64,000 nucleotides of DNA from Octopus vulgaris (Eukaryota). A program made the translations under genes and the position numbers. The stretch's first letter is position 1, and every line of letters starts with the position of its first letter. The notes beneath the pieces are model-generated. The model had not been told where the DNA came from, searched no databases, and worked only from the letters and a program-made list of their open reading frames with translations. Location of the stretch: the NCBI GenBank assembly GCA_951406725.2, contig OX597815.1:51274001-51338000 (forward strand), in the 5' to 3' direction. Positions 1 through 11,960 of the stretch are shown here, piece by piece.

Positions 1-66
1 CCCTTCAAGGTGGTGCTCCAGCATGGTCATAGTCAAATGACTGAAGCAAGTAAAAGAATAAAAGAA
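1..66 (+). mobile_element. 3' end of SINE family A (octopus-type tRNA-derived SINE)
   Basis: aaggtggtgctccagcatggtcatagtcaaatgactgaagcaagtaaaagaa matches the 3' end of the full copy at 51412-51835. Confidence 0.8.
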
Positions 67-95
67 AACAATATACATCTAACAATTTTTTTTAC

Positions 96-101
96 TTTAT
101 T
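96..101 (-). promoter_or_regulatory. putative polyadenylation signal of MRPS16
   Basis: AATAAA on the minus strand about 45 nt after the TGA stop; AT-rich context, so chance occurrence is possible. Confidence 0.5.
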
Positions 102-146
102 TCATGAAAATTCTTGCACAAAAAAGATAAAAAATGATTGTGGAAA

Positions 147-274
147 TCATGAGGAAGGTTCAGATTCTGCTGAGTCTTTGCTGGCATTCTTTTCTGCTTC
201 TTCTTGCTCCTTTTTCCGTCGGGATGCAGCTGATATCACAGATCTTGGATGTATTGGTAAAAAACCACTCAAGC
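147..274 (-). CDS. MRPS16: MRPS16 terminal coding exon
   Basis: Acceptor ttttatttcctcttag, then (G)GC-LSGFLPIHPRSVISAASRRKKEQEEAEKNASKDSAESEPSS-TGA. Matches the metazoan MRPS16 C-terminus (LLGLAGFFPLHP plus charged tail); phase 1 fits the exon ending at 54710. Confidence 0.92.
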
Positions 275-1604
275 CTAAGAGGAAATAAAATGCCAAAGTA
301 AAGATTACTTGGTATAATAATTTTCAAAAAACTGAAAGGAAAAACATTTTGCATTATAACTATTTTTGAGAAAGCAAGTTTTTTACTGCTCTAAGTCCTT
401 ATTACAAAAGTCTTTTTTATAGTCTACAGTTGTTTTAGGCACATAATGATATACGATATAGTCTCAAAGTCTGATTTTTAACTCTTCCTTAAGCATATGT
501 TGAATTCCATAGATAACACCAGTAGAAGTCAATTAAGTGGCATATATTCAGCCTTATACATCAGTTAATTTTTTCCAAATTTAACTTCTTGTTTCAACAG
601 TTATTTGAGCAATTTCACACATTTATCACTACATTTAGCTAAGAATGGCTAGAATTGTTGACAGAAAACCTTTAAACCTGATTTCAAAAGGAAATTTTAA
701 ATCCTATCATTTTACATGTGACAAAAAAAAAAACATAAGGCAAAATAGTATCATTATATTTTGTTTGGGGTTTTTTTCTAACTGGTTCAACTAGGTCAAA
801 TTAACGGCAAAATACATGATTAATATAAATGAACATTAGAAGATATATTCATAGAATTGCATCATAGTCCTCAGCAAAATTATGCATAAAATTACAAAGA
901 GTAAATTTCATACAACATTTATCATAGAAATTTGTAAAATGCCATCAAGATATCTCTTTGTAAATTTCTCTCAAACACAACTTAATAACTTTTGAATGCT
1001 TTGAGATTGAAAATATTATAAACTGGGTTATTTTAAATTAATTTGGGAATTAAACTATTCCTTTTTAAAGAAATCTTTTTCGATCACCAGTATTAAGATT
1101 AGAAGCAAAGCTGTCATCTGATATCATTTAAGAAAATCAATATCCTAACAGTAATAACTACTTTTAAACATCACTTAAAAGGAGGCAATATTGTTAGTAT
1201 GAATGGGTGGAAGTTGTGAACCAATCACTGTTATAGTTTCATATCAACAGATACAGTAGAATCACTGTGTCTGTTGGTGACTGTTGGGCTTTAAATATAA
1301 TGCGCCATAATGGTAATTGGTGGAATAACATTATATCTTTTACAGTTTAACTTCGTTGTAGCTAAAAACTGCAAAATGCTGAAGCAGGAGAACATCCTGT
1401 TCAAAAGAATTGATTTTTACATGGTTCTTTTTAAATAATTAAATGGGCAAAGATTTAAAATGATGAAATAAGTTTTAATAATTTGTTCCAGTGAAATAAG
1501 TTGTGGATGTCTACCAGGAAACTAACACTGTCTCTTGCCTCTCCGACTGACTAGCAATCTGAAATAAAGCACATACTGATATTGACAAAGGAGTTAGTTA
1601 TGGG

Positions 1605-1642
<38 letters not shown>

Positions 1643-1979
1643 TATTGTTATTTTATTGGTTATATTTCCACAAAACTGGTATTTAGTCTTCTAAAATTTA
1701 CTCAACTAGTTTACAAAAGAAATAAAAAATAAATAAGTTCAATTTCAGGGATATTTTTGAAAATAATTGTCTCTAACTAGTCATGAAATTCTATTGATTC
1801 TCTTTGTTTTCTTACCCAAGGTGCACAAACAGAGAAGCAACAAATTAAACACACAGAAACACTTTTACATTGTGTGTTTGTTGAAAGTGGACATTGTTTT
1901 GTCAGGTAGGGGGCATTTTCATAGTCTGTAATAGAATGAGTAATAGAATAAAGTGTACATAGCTGTTGGTGTACTTCAG

Positions 1980-2380
1980 ACTGGTGGTGGTAGTGGTGGT
2001 GGCGATGGTGGTGATGATGGTGGTGGTGGTGATATCATTTATATTATTGGTTGTTTTGCTTGAGATATTTACTGGAGATGTTATAGTGGTGATCCTAGTA
2101 CAACACTAGCAACAGTTAATGATTGATGGGGTTGATAATGACGATGACGATGATGACAATGATGTTGCTGATGATAGCATTATTAGTTGTGGTGCCACTG
2201 ACATGGCAAGGAGTAATTTTGTGGTTGCTTGTGGTTGTTTTTTTTTTTATTGGTGCTGCTGCTATTGGTGCTGCTGCTATTGGTGCTGCAGTTATTGCTG
2301 TTGTTGCTGCTGCTGCTGCTGATGATGATGATGATGACAACGATGACTATGATGATGCCAGGACTTATCATTGATGACTA
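1980..2380. repeat. mosaic trinucleotide low-complexity tract (GGT/GAT/GCT)
   Basis: Runs of ggt, gat and gct; internal repeat tattggtgctgctgc x3. Confidence 0.8.
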
Positions 2381-3699
2381 ATCTTTTGGATCCTTAGTTA
2401 TTAATCTCTGAGTGTTTCAGTATAAATAACCCCACCAAAACCACCGCCACATCACCCCAACTTGTTTGGAATAGAATGAAAAGCTTGAATACTTTGACTT
2501 TTCAAAAACCTGGCCTGGAAATATTGATACACACTCAGTGCTTATTGTTTTAGTTTATCTAGAATACCAATCAGCTGCAGGAGTGAATTGAAATTTTTTT
2601 TCACATGTTTGTTGATAACACAAAAGCTATTGATATATTGCTGCAAACCAAATGAGATGCTAATTTTCATTATTTTCTCTGTAAAATTCTCTTTTAATAA
2701 AATACTTTCGTTCTGTTTAAGATATCAGTAACTCACTCCAAGTGCAACAAATCTTCTGAATGACAGGCTAACAAGGACGGGGAGGCTGCTATGTAGTAGC
2801 TCAACAGGCTAGAAATAAGAGCCAACTTTCCTCAAAGGAGGCTAGACAATGCAGTATTGGATTTAGAAAAAGAGATTATGGTCACAGATGGAATACTGCT
2901 AATTATATTTTTGTTCGATCAAGAATGACCAAGGAAAGACAACAATAATCTTGGTGGATGATATGGATGTATATATTACTGATAGAAGTATGATATTGAA
3001 GTTATTATTCATTGGCCAAACTTTCAAATAGAAATTATTTCTTTGAACAGAACAACTGAGAAATACCATTCAGTTATTGTTTAGCTTGAGGTTAGCCCAT
3101 TTTACAAGCCTTTGATCAGAGGTGCTACAACTGTAACAATCTCATCTTTGTTTTCAGGTATAGCATATCTAAAACTATATCATCTAATGTGTCCTTTTAT
3201 TTAAGCCAATAGTGCATCATTTCACTGTTTCCCCTCTACCAAAGTGCTCCCAAGGGATTGTTGGCCCATAGCTAAAATAGAAAACACTTATTTGAAGTAC
3301 TGCACAGTGAGACTGAACCAGAAACCATGTGGCTGCCAAGCAAGAGTCTTAACCACACAACCACATTTTCTTTCAAAATTTTATAAGATGATATATTTTA
3401 TAATGTAAAGAATTTTAGAATGGATCATGTTTCTAAATAAAAATAAAAATAATATAAATTTTATTAATATCATGTCAACTGCTGGTAACAACTGACATTC
3501 TTGAAGAAATACTTTGATTGTTCATCTAAACTTTTGATGTTTAGCTTATTTTCTGTCTTTGTTTTTTTTTTTATGTTAAATCTACTTGATTGAGATATTT
3601 TACATCTCGGTTACAATGCTTTTACAATGCCCTCATGTTGCATTAGAAAACCAACAGAAACTTTTCTCCAGTGAAAAACGATAAAAGATAAAGATCCTT

Positions 3700-3940
3700 A
3701 CCAAGTCATATAGACTTATAAGGCCAGTTTCTCACTTTCCATGGCAAATAACATTTTTCCTGCTAGACAGAATGCCAGTCCAATCACTGGAAATACTCGT
3801 TTTTGTCAGCTGAGTGAACTGGAACAACATGAAATGAAGTGTTTTGCTCAAGAACACAAAGCATTGTCCAGTCCAGAAACTGAAATCACAATCTTATGAT
3901 CATGACTCCAACACCCTAACCACTAAGCCACATACCTCCA
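3700..3940 (-). mobile_element. SINE family C (tRNA head, CORE-like tgtgttcttgagcaaaacacttcat box)
   Basis: Reverse complement of the copies at 15135 and 35584. Confidence 0.7.
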
Positions 3941-4079
3941 CTTTCTCCTATGAAAGTTAAAGGTAATTAACCAAAGGCCTTAACAGATGTAATTCTAGGA
4001 AAATACCACAAACAATGCTAAAGAACAAGCTTTCAGCAATGCAAACTATTTATTTTGTTTCTGCCTTCAATTTAACTTT

Positions 4080-5025
4080 CAACTTGATATGACCTCTCTT
4101 AAACAATCTCACATTCATAATATATTTAAGAATTGCTTCCCAAAAACTACACTTTCTTTTCTGAGCTCAAAAATACTTCAGTGCCAAACAATTGCTGACT
4201 TCCTGCTTAGTTCAAATGAGATCAATGATAGAATACTGACCCCACATCTGGCACAGTACTGTTACTGCCATGCAAAAACATCCCTAGACTGCATTGTAGT
4301 GAAAACCATCTCAATGATTGGCAAGGAGTCACTACCTAACATACATTAATCTCTGGCTTACAAAAATTTGCTGTCTCCTTACTCTACATCTCTTATAACC
4401 CCTTCAATGACCTCCACTCTTCAGAGCTATCTCATTGTATATCATCTTCACTGAAGCTCACCTGAAATATCTGTCTCTTCTAACCCATTATGTGTCTAAC
4501 CTCTACACCCAATTATTCCTGCCTATAATGTCAACCCTTTGTAATACCTTTCCAACATTTATTGACTGGCAGACATTCAAACTGAATATCAAGCGCATCA
4601 ATCTCACATATTTCACACAACTTACAAAGATCATATGCACAGTTCCCTCTCAACTAACATCATAATATATACGTGAGTGGATGCTGTTGGTGCAAGGAAA
4701 GTAAATATTTACTTAAATTTTACTAGAATATAATTTATACATATATATTTTCATATTCAATATCCTTTGATGATCTTAAAAAATTCTGCTATTATAAATC
4801 CATTTATAGTATTTAGAGGCTTAGAATTAACACTGGCTTTAAAATGTCAAAATATCTTGTCTGAAAACGTAACAAGATGAAGCAGTATTTAAGATGTAAC
4901 TTGAGATTGAACTTGTTTCCATTTCTTTAATATTTAATGATTTGCTACATACACAACAGTGTGCTGAAACCAAAATTCGTTGCTCTGATCAGTTTTTTGC
5001 CAGGAAAAAAAAGAGGAAATATATA

Positions 5026-5071
<46 letters not shown>

Positions 5072-6200
5072 TTGTAGAAAAATATGCATATACATTAGAT
5101 ATATGTTTAATTAACTGTACTTCCTGGTGGGTTGAAAAACAAAGAATAACTGGAAAGTAGCTGAAGTGGGAGAGGAGAAGATGATAAAACAGATCAGAAA
5201 GTATAGTGGTCAACAGAAACAATCAATGCAGCAGGTTATTGAAGCAGACAGCATGCCAGTAGCTATTACGCTACATTATTTGTTCTTGCCCCTCCCACTT
5301 AACAGCCTTCTCCTCTCAGATCAGGTTTACATTAAGCTGAGCTAGTCAATGAAACAGGTCATGTCACAAAACTGCTTTGCCATATGCATGCCAATAATAA
5401 GCAACAGAAATTAGAACCTACAATATTTTTAATTTTTGATCAACAATGGTAACAATGATGGTGAAAAAGGAAAATTAAACAAGACCTTATTGATCCAATA
5501 TTCCTGACAAATTTTCAATCCACCATATTAAGGTCTATTTTTCTCTCTTCTGGGAATTGCTTTTCTCTGGAATTCACTTCCTGCTCTTTAATGCCTTCAA
5601 TTAATATTTCAAATGATTGAGCCAACAAGTCAGATGCTACACAAGTCATTGAAATTGCTGTTTAGAAACTAAAATCTTTTGTCAAACAATTTTTTTTTCA
5701 AATACTGGCAATCATATATCTAGTCCTAATTGAGCACTTTTGAGATGTCTACAACAAGAGAGAAAATATTGCACACTAGCATTCTTGAAGTAATAATTTA
5801 GAACTACAACCACCCAATTCTCACTATTTTTGTCCACTTTTATTCCTAACCCATATTATCAGGAAAGATCACATGTCTTTTCATTACGAGCATCTAGTCT
5901 TTCTGATTGAACTTACAATACACGTATTAAACAGTAATTCTTCCTTATGAAGTGAAATCCATTTGTAACTAAAACTTAAAGAAGAATTCTTCACATTTTC
6001 CCAACTATCATTATAAACTCTTGACTCTGTTTCCTCTGATCTTTTCCTCTACCTTGCTAATTTTCAAAACTTGGTCATGAACATAATCTTCAACATTAAG
6101 TGATAACATCTAAAACCAGATTCAATAAAGCCTTAATCAAACAGCTTTCAGAACAGATTTTATGAGAGCCATGAATTCACTATCCTACCAACTTGACTAC
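4080..6200 (+). mobile_element. highly decayed non-LTR retrotransposon remnants (APE/RT region)
   Basis: IDWQTFKLNI resembles the xDWxxF motif after LINE APE domains; A/C-rich strand bias; no intact frame. Confidence 0.3.
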
Positions 6201-7966
6201 TGTCCTTTCCTAATTGTAGGTAGTAATTAGATGGGTGATGTATTATCAAAATATAGAACAGATTAGAAACAAATAGGTTACTAGGTGGAGTGCATTGATC
6301 TAGGATTGAAATCTTATACATAAAGTATAAGTGGCATTACCAAAGACAGAAACTGTTGTCTTGTAAGTATGTCTCATATCACTGCACACCACTATTGGGG
6401 CAGAGATTGCTGTCTGCAAATGTGAGCCCCATGAGTCAGAGGGGATGTTTCAGCACATCTCCCTCACTATCCTTTGAGGCAATGCCTTTTCCATTTTGTC
6501 TGCTGGTGCCATGAGAAATGTCATTCAATGACTTTAATAAATAAAATCTTGCGATAGGTCTCTCTATCGAACAGTAAATTAATAGGAATGTTACATTTAT
6601 TGCTTTATAAGCATTTTTCTAATTGGTCTTTATTTCTAATATATTGACTTAGTCTACTATTGTATTCAATGGCTAGAATCAAACCAATAAGGAAGCCTAT
6701 ACATGATTACCTGACCTGCAAGAAATTACAGCCAAATCACAATCTACTGTATTAAAAAAAATAAAGATACATGGATTACATAATTCTAGATATACTGAAA
6801 AAAGATGGAATGGTCATGGCTTGAACGGATTTGATCATAGGCCACTTGGATTATGAGAAAAATAACTTTAAAATTCAGCATATTTCTTGAGAGTAAATTT
6901 ATGACTTTAATATGGTCATCAATTATTTTAGATATGAAATATTGGTTCAGCGTTCAACCAATAGGAAGAATATACTGCCATAATTAATTCATCTTGAAAA
7001 CCAAAATACTTTTTGATTTTAAATTTCAATTTACTCTCTGCACAACTGAACAGTGAAAGATAAGCCAAGAGGAAAGTGGTGAATGGAATATTTCACAATA
7101 ATGTAACTAAAAGATGCAAAGAAAATACCAACAGTCCCAGCAGTCACCAACAAACAATATATGTAAACATCATCTGAACTAGCTAAGCCATATGCAGAGA
7201 CTGCCTCCAACTAGTTAGCCAAGTCCTTTACTAGATCTAGACAGTGTGTCCCAAAACTAATTAGTATCAGATATTAGAAAACAACTACTAGTTGTTGTTG
7301 TTGCTTCTGGTGGCGGCGGCAGTGGTAAATAGGCTACATCAGAACCATTAATAATGAAATGCATTGATTATCTTTATGTCATATGGAGCAAAAGGATCTA
7401 ATCTAGTCTGGCACTCGTTATGCACTCTATCTCACCAAAGTTGTGGCACCCAAGTCTGTCATATTGAAAAGTATTTTATTAAAAAATTTATCAGTTTCTT
7501 GTCAATCTGTGTTAATAAATATAAATTTACACACCTAAGATATATATATCACAGTTCAAATTTTCTTCTCCGTAATCTATTTTAACATATATTTGCTTCA
7601 GCTCCAATCAATATCTGTAAAGTATGTTTACATTTATTAAATTTAATATCAATAACTGGATGCAGCTTTTATGAATGAATATCCCTCGATTCATCCTAAC
7701 TCAAAGGTCCATATATTTCTTCTAAAAGCATGCATACAAAGTCATATGCATAACCTTCTGCTCAGCCTTATAAAATACATTTTTAATATCATTCTGGAAT
7801 TTTCTTTAGAAAGTGGAATTTATTTTCAACTTGCTTTCTTTCTCACTGAGTGACATATTTGGTCAATCAACTTATTTTGTGAATTGCTACATTAAAGATT
7901 AATACAATGATATGTACTAGTAGTATTAATTTTAATATGCAACACACACACACACGTGTGTGTGCA

Positions 7967-7997
<31 letters not shown>

Positions 7998-8271
7998 GTA
8001 TGTATATATATATACTGTAAATATGATAAATTTTCAAGCAGTAGCAGTGAGACAGAGACGTACTACCAGACAAGATTTCCTGCTGGCAGCAACAAAGGTA
8101 TCAAAATGGCAATAAGATTATCAGAGAGGACAAAAAAATGGGCTGTGATGCAATAAGAGAAAAACGTATTGGGATCAAACTAAGAAAGTTTAATAACAAC
8201 ATAATAATATTATAGGGCACAAGCTCACACTCAAGTCTTTCCCTTGAACCCAGGTCTGAACACAATGTGTG

Positions 8272-8326
<55 letters not shown>

Positions 8327-8399
8327 AGCAAATGCTTTATTTATAAACTCTGAAGAGATGTAAAGTTGACCCCTAATATATGTATGTATATATCATCAT

Positions 8400-8960
8400 C
8401 ATCATATCATAATCATTTAAAGTCTAATTTTCATGCCGCCATGGATTGGCTGGTGTGGCAGGAATCGATGATCTAGATGTCTGTTTTGCTCCAATGTCTG
8501 TTTTGACATGGTTTTTATGGTTGGATGCCCATCCGAATGCCAATCACTTTACAGAATGTACTAGGTGCTGTTTACATGGCACCAGCACTAGTGAGGTCAC
8601 CAATTAACTTGCAAAAGAAAACCCTCAGTTGAGGGTTGTAACATTGATGGATGCTGATTTATTCTAGATATAGAAAGGTTAAAGTATGACAGAAGGACAG
8701 AAGCAGGTGTCTTGCAGTACAGGAGATACATGGCTACCCCAGATGGGAAAGAAGAGATGGTGAAAAGGTGTCAGGAGATACACTCAAGTTACAGGAAGGT
8801 GAACATAAGGGCGTGGTTCAGAAGGTTTGACAGGGTGAGTGCGTATGTAAGTTTGTGAGAGTGTGAAAGGAGAGTGGTAGATGAATAGGGATGGGAACAG
8901 AGGTGAATGGTGAATACAAGTGGAGTGTAGTCAAGAGCAAATATCAGTTTGGAGGAAGGA
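8400..8960 (-). mobile_element. RTE LINE 3' end remnant
   Basis: (ATC)n tail then catgccgccatggattgg...ggatgccc...aatcactttacaga, reverse complement of the tail at 49820-49992. Confidence 0.7.
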
Positions 8961-8991
8961 AGATGGAGGAATATGAATGGGTCATACACAC

Positions 8992-9029
<38 letters not shown>

Positions 9030-9030
<1 letters not shown>

Positions 9031-10020
9031 CATTGTGAGATATGGTCCTATTAAATGCAGACAGCTCTGAGTTCCATGTTTTCTGAAGTCTGCTGGAGTA
9101 TTCTGTTTTGGTTTTACCCACAGCACCAACATATGTAACATTTTCATCAATTCCAAAATACTTATAGTATTCTCATCATTCTTCACTAAAGATAGGGAAG
9201 ATAGACAGCTCATTGATATGTATGTTCTCTGTCAAGTTGACTATTTTTCCTCTGTTGACTATCATTTATCTTTTATCTGTTTCTGTCATTAGACTATGGC
9301 CATGTTGGGGCACTGCTTTGAAGAACTTTTAGCTGGATGAATCGACCCTTGTACTTAATCTTTTCTAAGCCAGATACTTATTCTATCAGCCCCTTTTTGC
9401 CAAACCACTAAGTTATGGGGAAGTAAAAACACCAATACCAATTGTCAAGCAGTGGTGAGGGACAATACAGACACAAAGACACAAATATATAGATACGTAT
9501 ACAACAGGTTTCTTTCAGTTTCTGCCTACCAAATCCATTCACAAGGCTCTGGTCAACTCAAGGTAATTGTAGAAGATACTTGTCTGGGACTGAACCCAGA
9601 ACCATGTGATTGGAAGCAAGTTTCTTACCACACAGCTGAGCATTTATCTTACCCAAACCCCCATTCCTATCTCTATGTGAGAATGTTGTGACAAAATCTA
9701 AATGGTCTCTTGACTTTGTTCATGTTACCAAAATATAACATTGGGTCATCAACAAAAACTGTGTGGGTGATATTAGTTTTATTCATATATGCATATCCCA
9801 ACATCTAGCCTTGGCATTTCATCAACAAGGCTGACAAAGGGTTCACTGCCAGTACAAACAACATTACAGATAAACTGTCACCCTGGAATAAATATCTCTA
9901 TTGATAACCTAATTCTGTTTGTGACTATAAGACTATAGGTGCGTACATATGTAAGTATCAGTGTTGTCTCTCTTGAAATAATGTCATCATTTCTCAACAA
10001 ACATCTTGCAAATGTGCACA
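9030..10020 (-). mobile_element. R4/Dong-like (RLE-type) non-LTR RT remnant, split by a SINE
   Basis: Minus frames give FQGDSLSVMLFVLAVNPLS, a VDD (YxDD-equivalent) motif, YKYFGIDEN and EYSSRLQKTWNSELSAFN, typical of R4-clade RTs; stops and frameshifts present. Confidence 0.7.
9270..9640 (-). mobile_element. SINE family A inserted into the R4-like remnant
   Basis: Near full-length reverse-complement match to 51412-51835. Confidence 0.85.
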
Positions 10021-10179
10021 CAAATTCAAAACTTATTCTGGGTTAATGCATAAAGAAAAAATCCCCTGAAGAAAAACAAAGAAGATTCAAGAAAGAAGAT
10101 GGTGAAGTAATGATAATTGTAATGGAGTGGTAAGCTCTCCCTACGTCTTTGTTTCACATTAGTTTCTTTGCTTTCTCCA

Positions 10180-10229
<50 letters not shown>

Positions 10230-10446
10230 ACACACACACACACATACACACTTTCTCACTAAATTTTCTGAGATGATAATGTAATTGGAGTAGAGTAGTT
10301 ATTAAAATTCTTCATTTAAAAATCATGTCTTGAAAAGTTAGTACACGGTTCCAAATACCATGAAAGGTAGAACAAAAATTATTTTTTAATTGTTTCACAT
10401 TGAAATTTGTCTATATTTATAAAATATTCAAATATTAAGCTGAATA

Positions 10447-10499
<53 letters not shown>

Positions 10500-10504
10500 A
10501 TATA

Positions 10505-10797
10505 CTGTTGTGTCTGGGGAGAGTCATTCTTGTTTGGTGCCTTATAATTTAACATACTCACCAGTAAAATTTCCACTTATATCTTTATTATTTTTTAAAA
10601 GTTTTTTCTAAAATTTTCGTTGCATCTTGCAACCTTTTCAATAGTTTTGACTCTTAAAACTATTGAAAAGGTTGCAAGACGCAACGAAAATTTAAAAAAA
10701 ATAAAAAATAAATAAAATGAAATAAATGGAAATTTTACCAATGAGTGTGTTAAATTATAAGGCATCAAAAGAGAATGACTCTCCCCAGACACAACAG
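10505..10797. repeat. about 290-bp imperfect palindrome (probable PLE-derived inverted terminal segment)
   Basis: ctgttgtgtctggggagagtcattct ... agaatgactctccccagacacaacag, centre near 10651. Confidence 0.9.
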
Positions 10798-10860
10798 AAT
10801 ATGCTTCAACATACAAACTCACATAAAGAATCTTGCAAACCAAATCCAAAGACTATATAT

Positions 10861-11960
10861 ATATCTGTAAATGTAATATGTGACAATTATTCGGTAGCCA
10901 TGATAAAACTCTGAGTTTTGGATGCCAAGGTGGAAATCCACACCGCCATCTCTTCAGTTATCTGGCCATCGGAAAAATGCTATGAAAAATGACCATTATA
11001 CAAAGGAAAATTACTGTGTGATTGACCGTTATTAAGACAAAAGAGCTATTCGAATGACCACTAAGTAAGGGGGTAAAAGGTTCATAGTATTCGCGTAAGC
11101 GCGTCTGTTCATATCTACACATGAGCGCCTGCACACCCACGTGCATGCATCTAAAGGTATATATTCATCCACACTCACTTGAAAAACATACACATCCTCA
11201 CTTTCATCCTTCGCCAAATGTATATGCATATACATACAACCCCCCCACACACACACACACGTGTACCATAAAGGTTCATACACACGTCTATATATGCACA
11301 AGTTCAAGAAAAAACAGGGTTAAGGGTAACAATACAGAAATAAGGCATAAGGGAGTATACAAAGAGTAAACCACATCTATATACGCACATACCCTTATGC
11401 ACGCACACACGCCTATACATGCACATACCCGCACACATCTATATATGCACACACACACACACACGCATGCACAAAAAGGATTATATATACGTCTAACACA
11501 AGAAAAAACAGGACTAAGGGCAAAAACAGGAAAATGTGTAAAAACACTGAGTAAAATACATCTATATACGCACGTACTCGCATGCATGCACACATCTATA
11601 TACACACATACCCGCATACACGCACCCATTCACACACGCTCACAAAAGATTCCACATACACATCTATATACACACAGAGAAAAAATATTGTCTTACCGTT
11701 TTTATCAATATATATATATATATATATTAATAATGTATATAATACATATATGTAACTATACACACAGACACACATATATATATAATTGAATACTTTGTGT
11801 TAGGTTCCCCCAGCCCCCACCATCCAAGCAGCACTTCTCTCATATATATATAAAGAAAATATGCTGACTTAGGAATAAACAATTATGAACTTCATTAGCT
11901 TACAGCTGTTTCAGCTATAAATTGCAGCGGACTCATAATTAAGTGCCTGAGTCATATTAT
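10861..11960 (-). mobile_element. probable Penelope-like element non-coding (pLTR/3' UTR) remnants
   Basis: Hammerhead-like motifs at both ends, CpG-richer than the flanks, internally repeated CA/TA-rich modules; no ORF. Confidence 0.45.
10897..10966 (-). ncRNA. degenerate type I minimal hammerhead ribozyme (PLE-type)
   Basis: GCCAGAUAA-CUGAAGA-[GAUG..CAUC]-C-AAA-ACUC A GAGU-U-UUAUC AUGGC; core G12 reads A in this copy. Confidence 0.6.

Noticed and set aside
1500-1560. Minus-strand acceptor tttatttcag followed by IASQSERQETVLVSW-stop
   Set aside because: In MRPS16 phase it stops after two codons; no partner exons or recognisable homology
2116-2374. Overlapping Cys-, Ala- and Asp-rich ORFs
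   Set aside because: Products of trinucleotide repeats lacking stops
7035-7210. Hydrophobic minus-strand frame ending at a gtaaat donor
   Set aside because: No polypyrimidine tract, no recognisable homology, wrong phase for MRPS16
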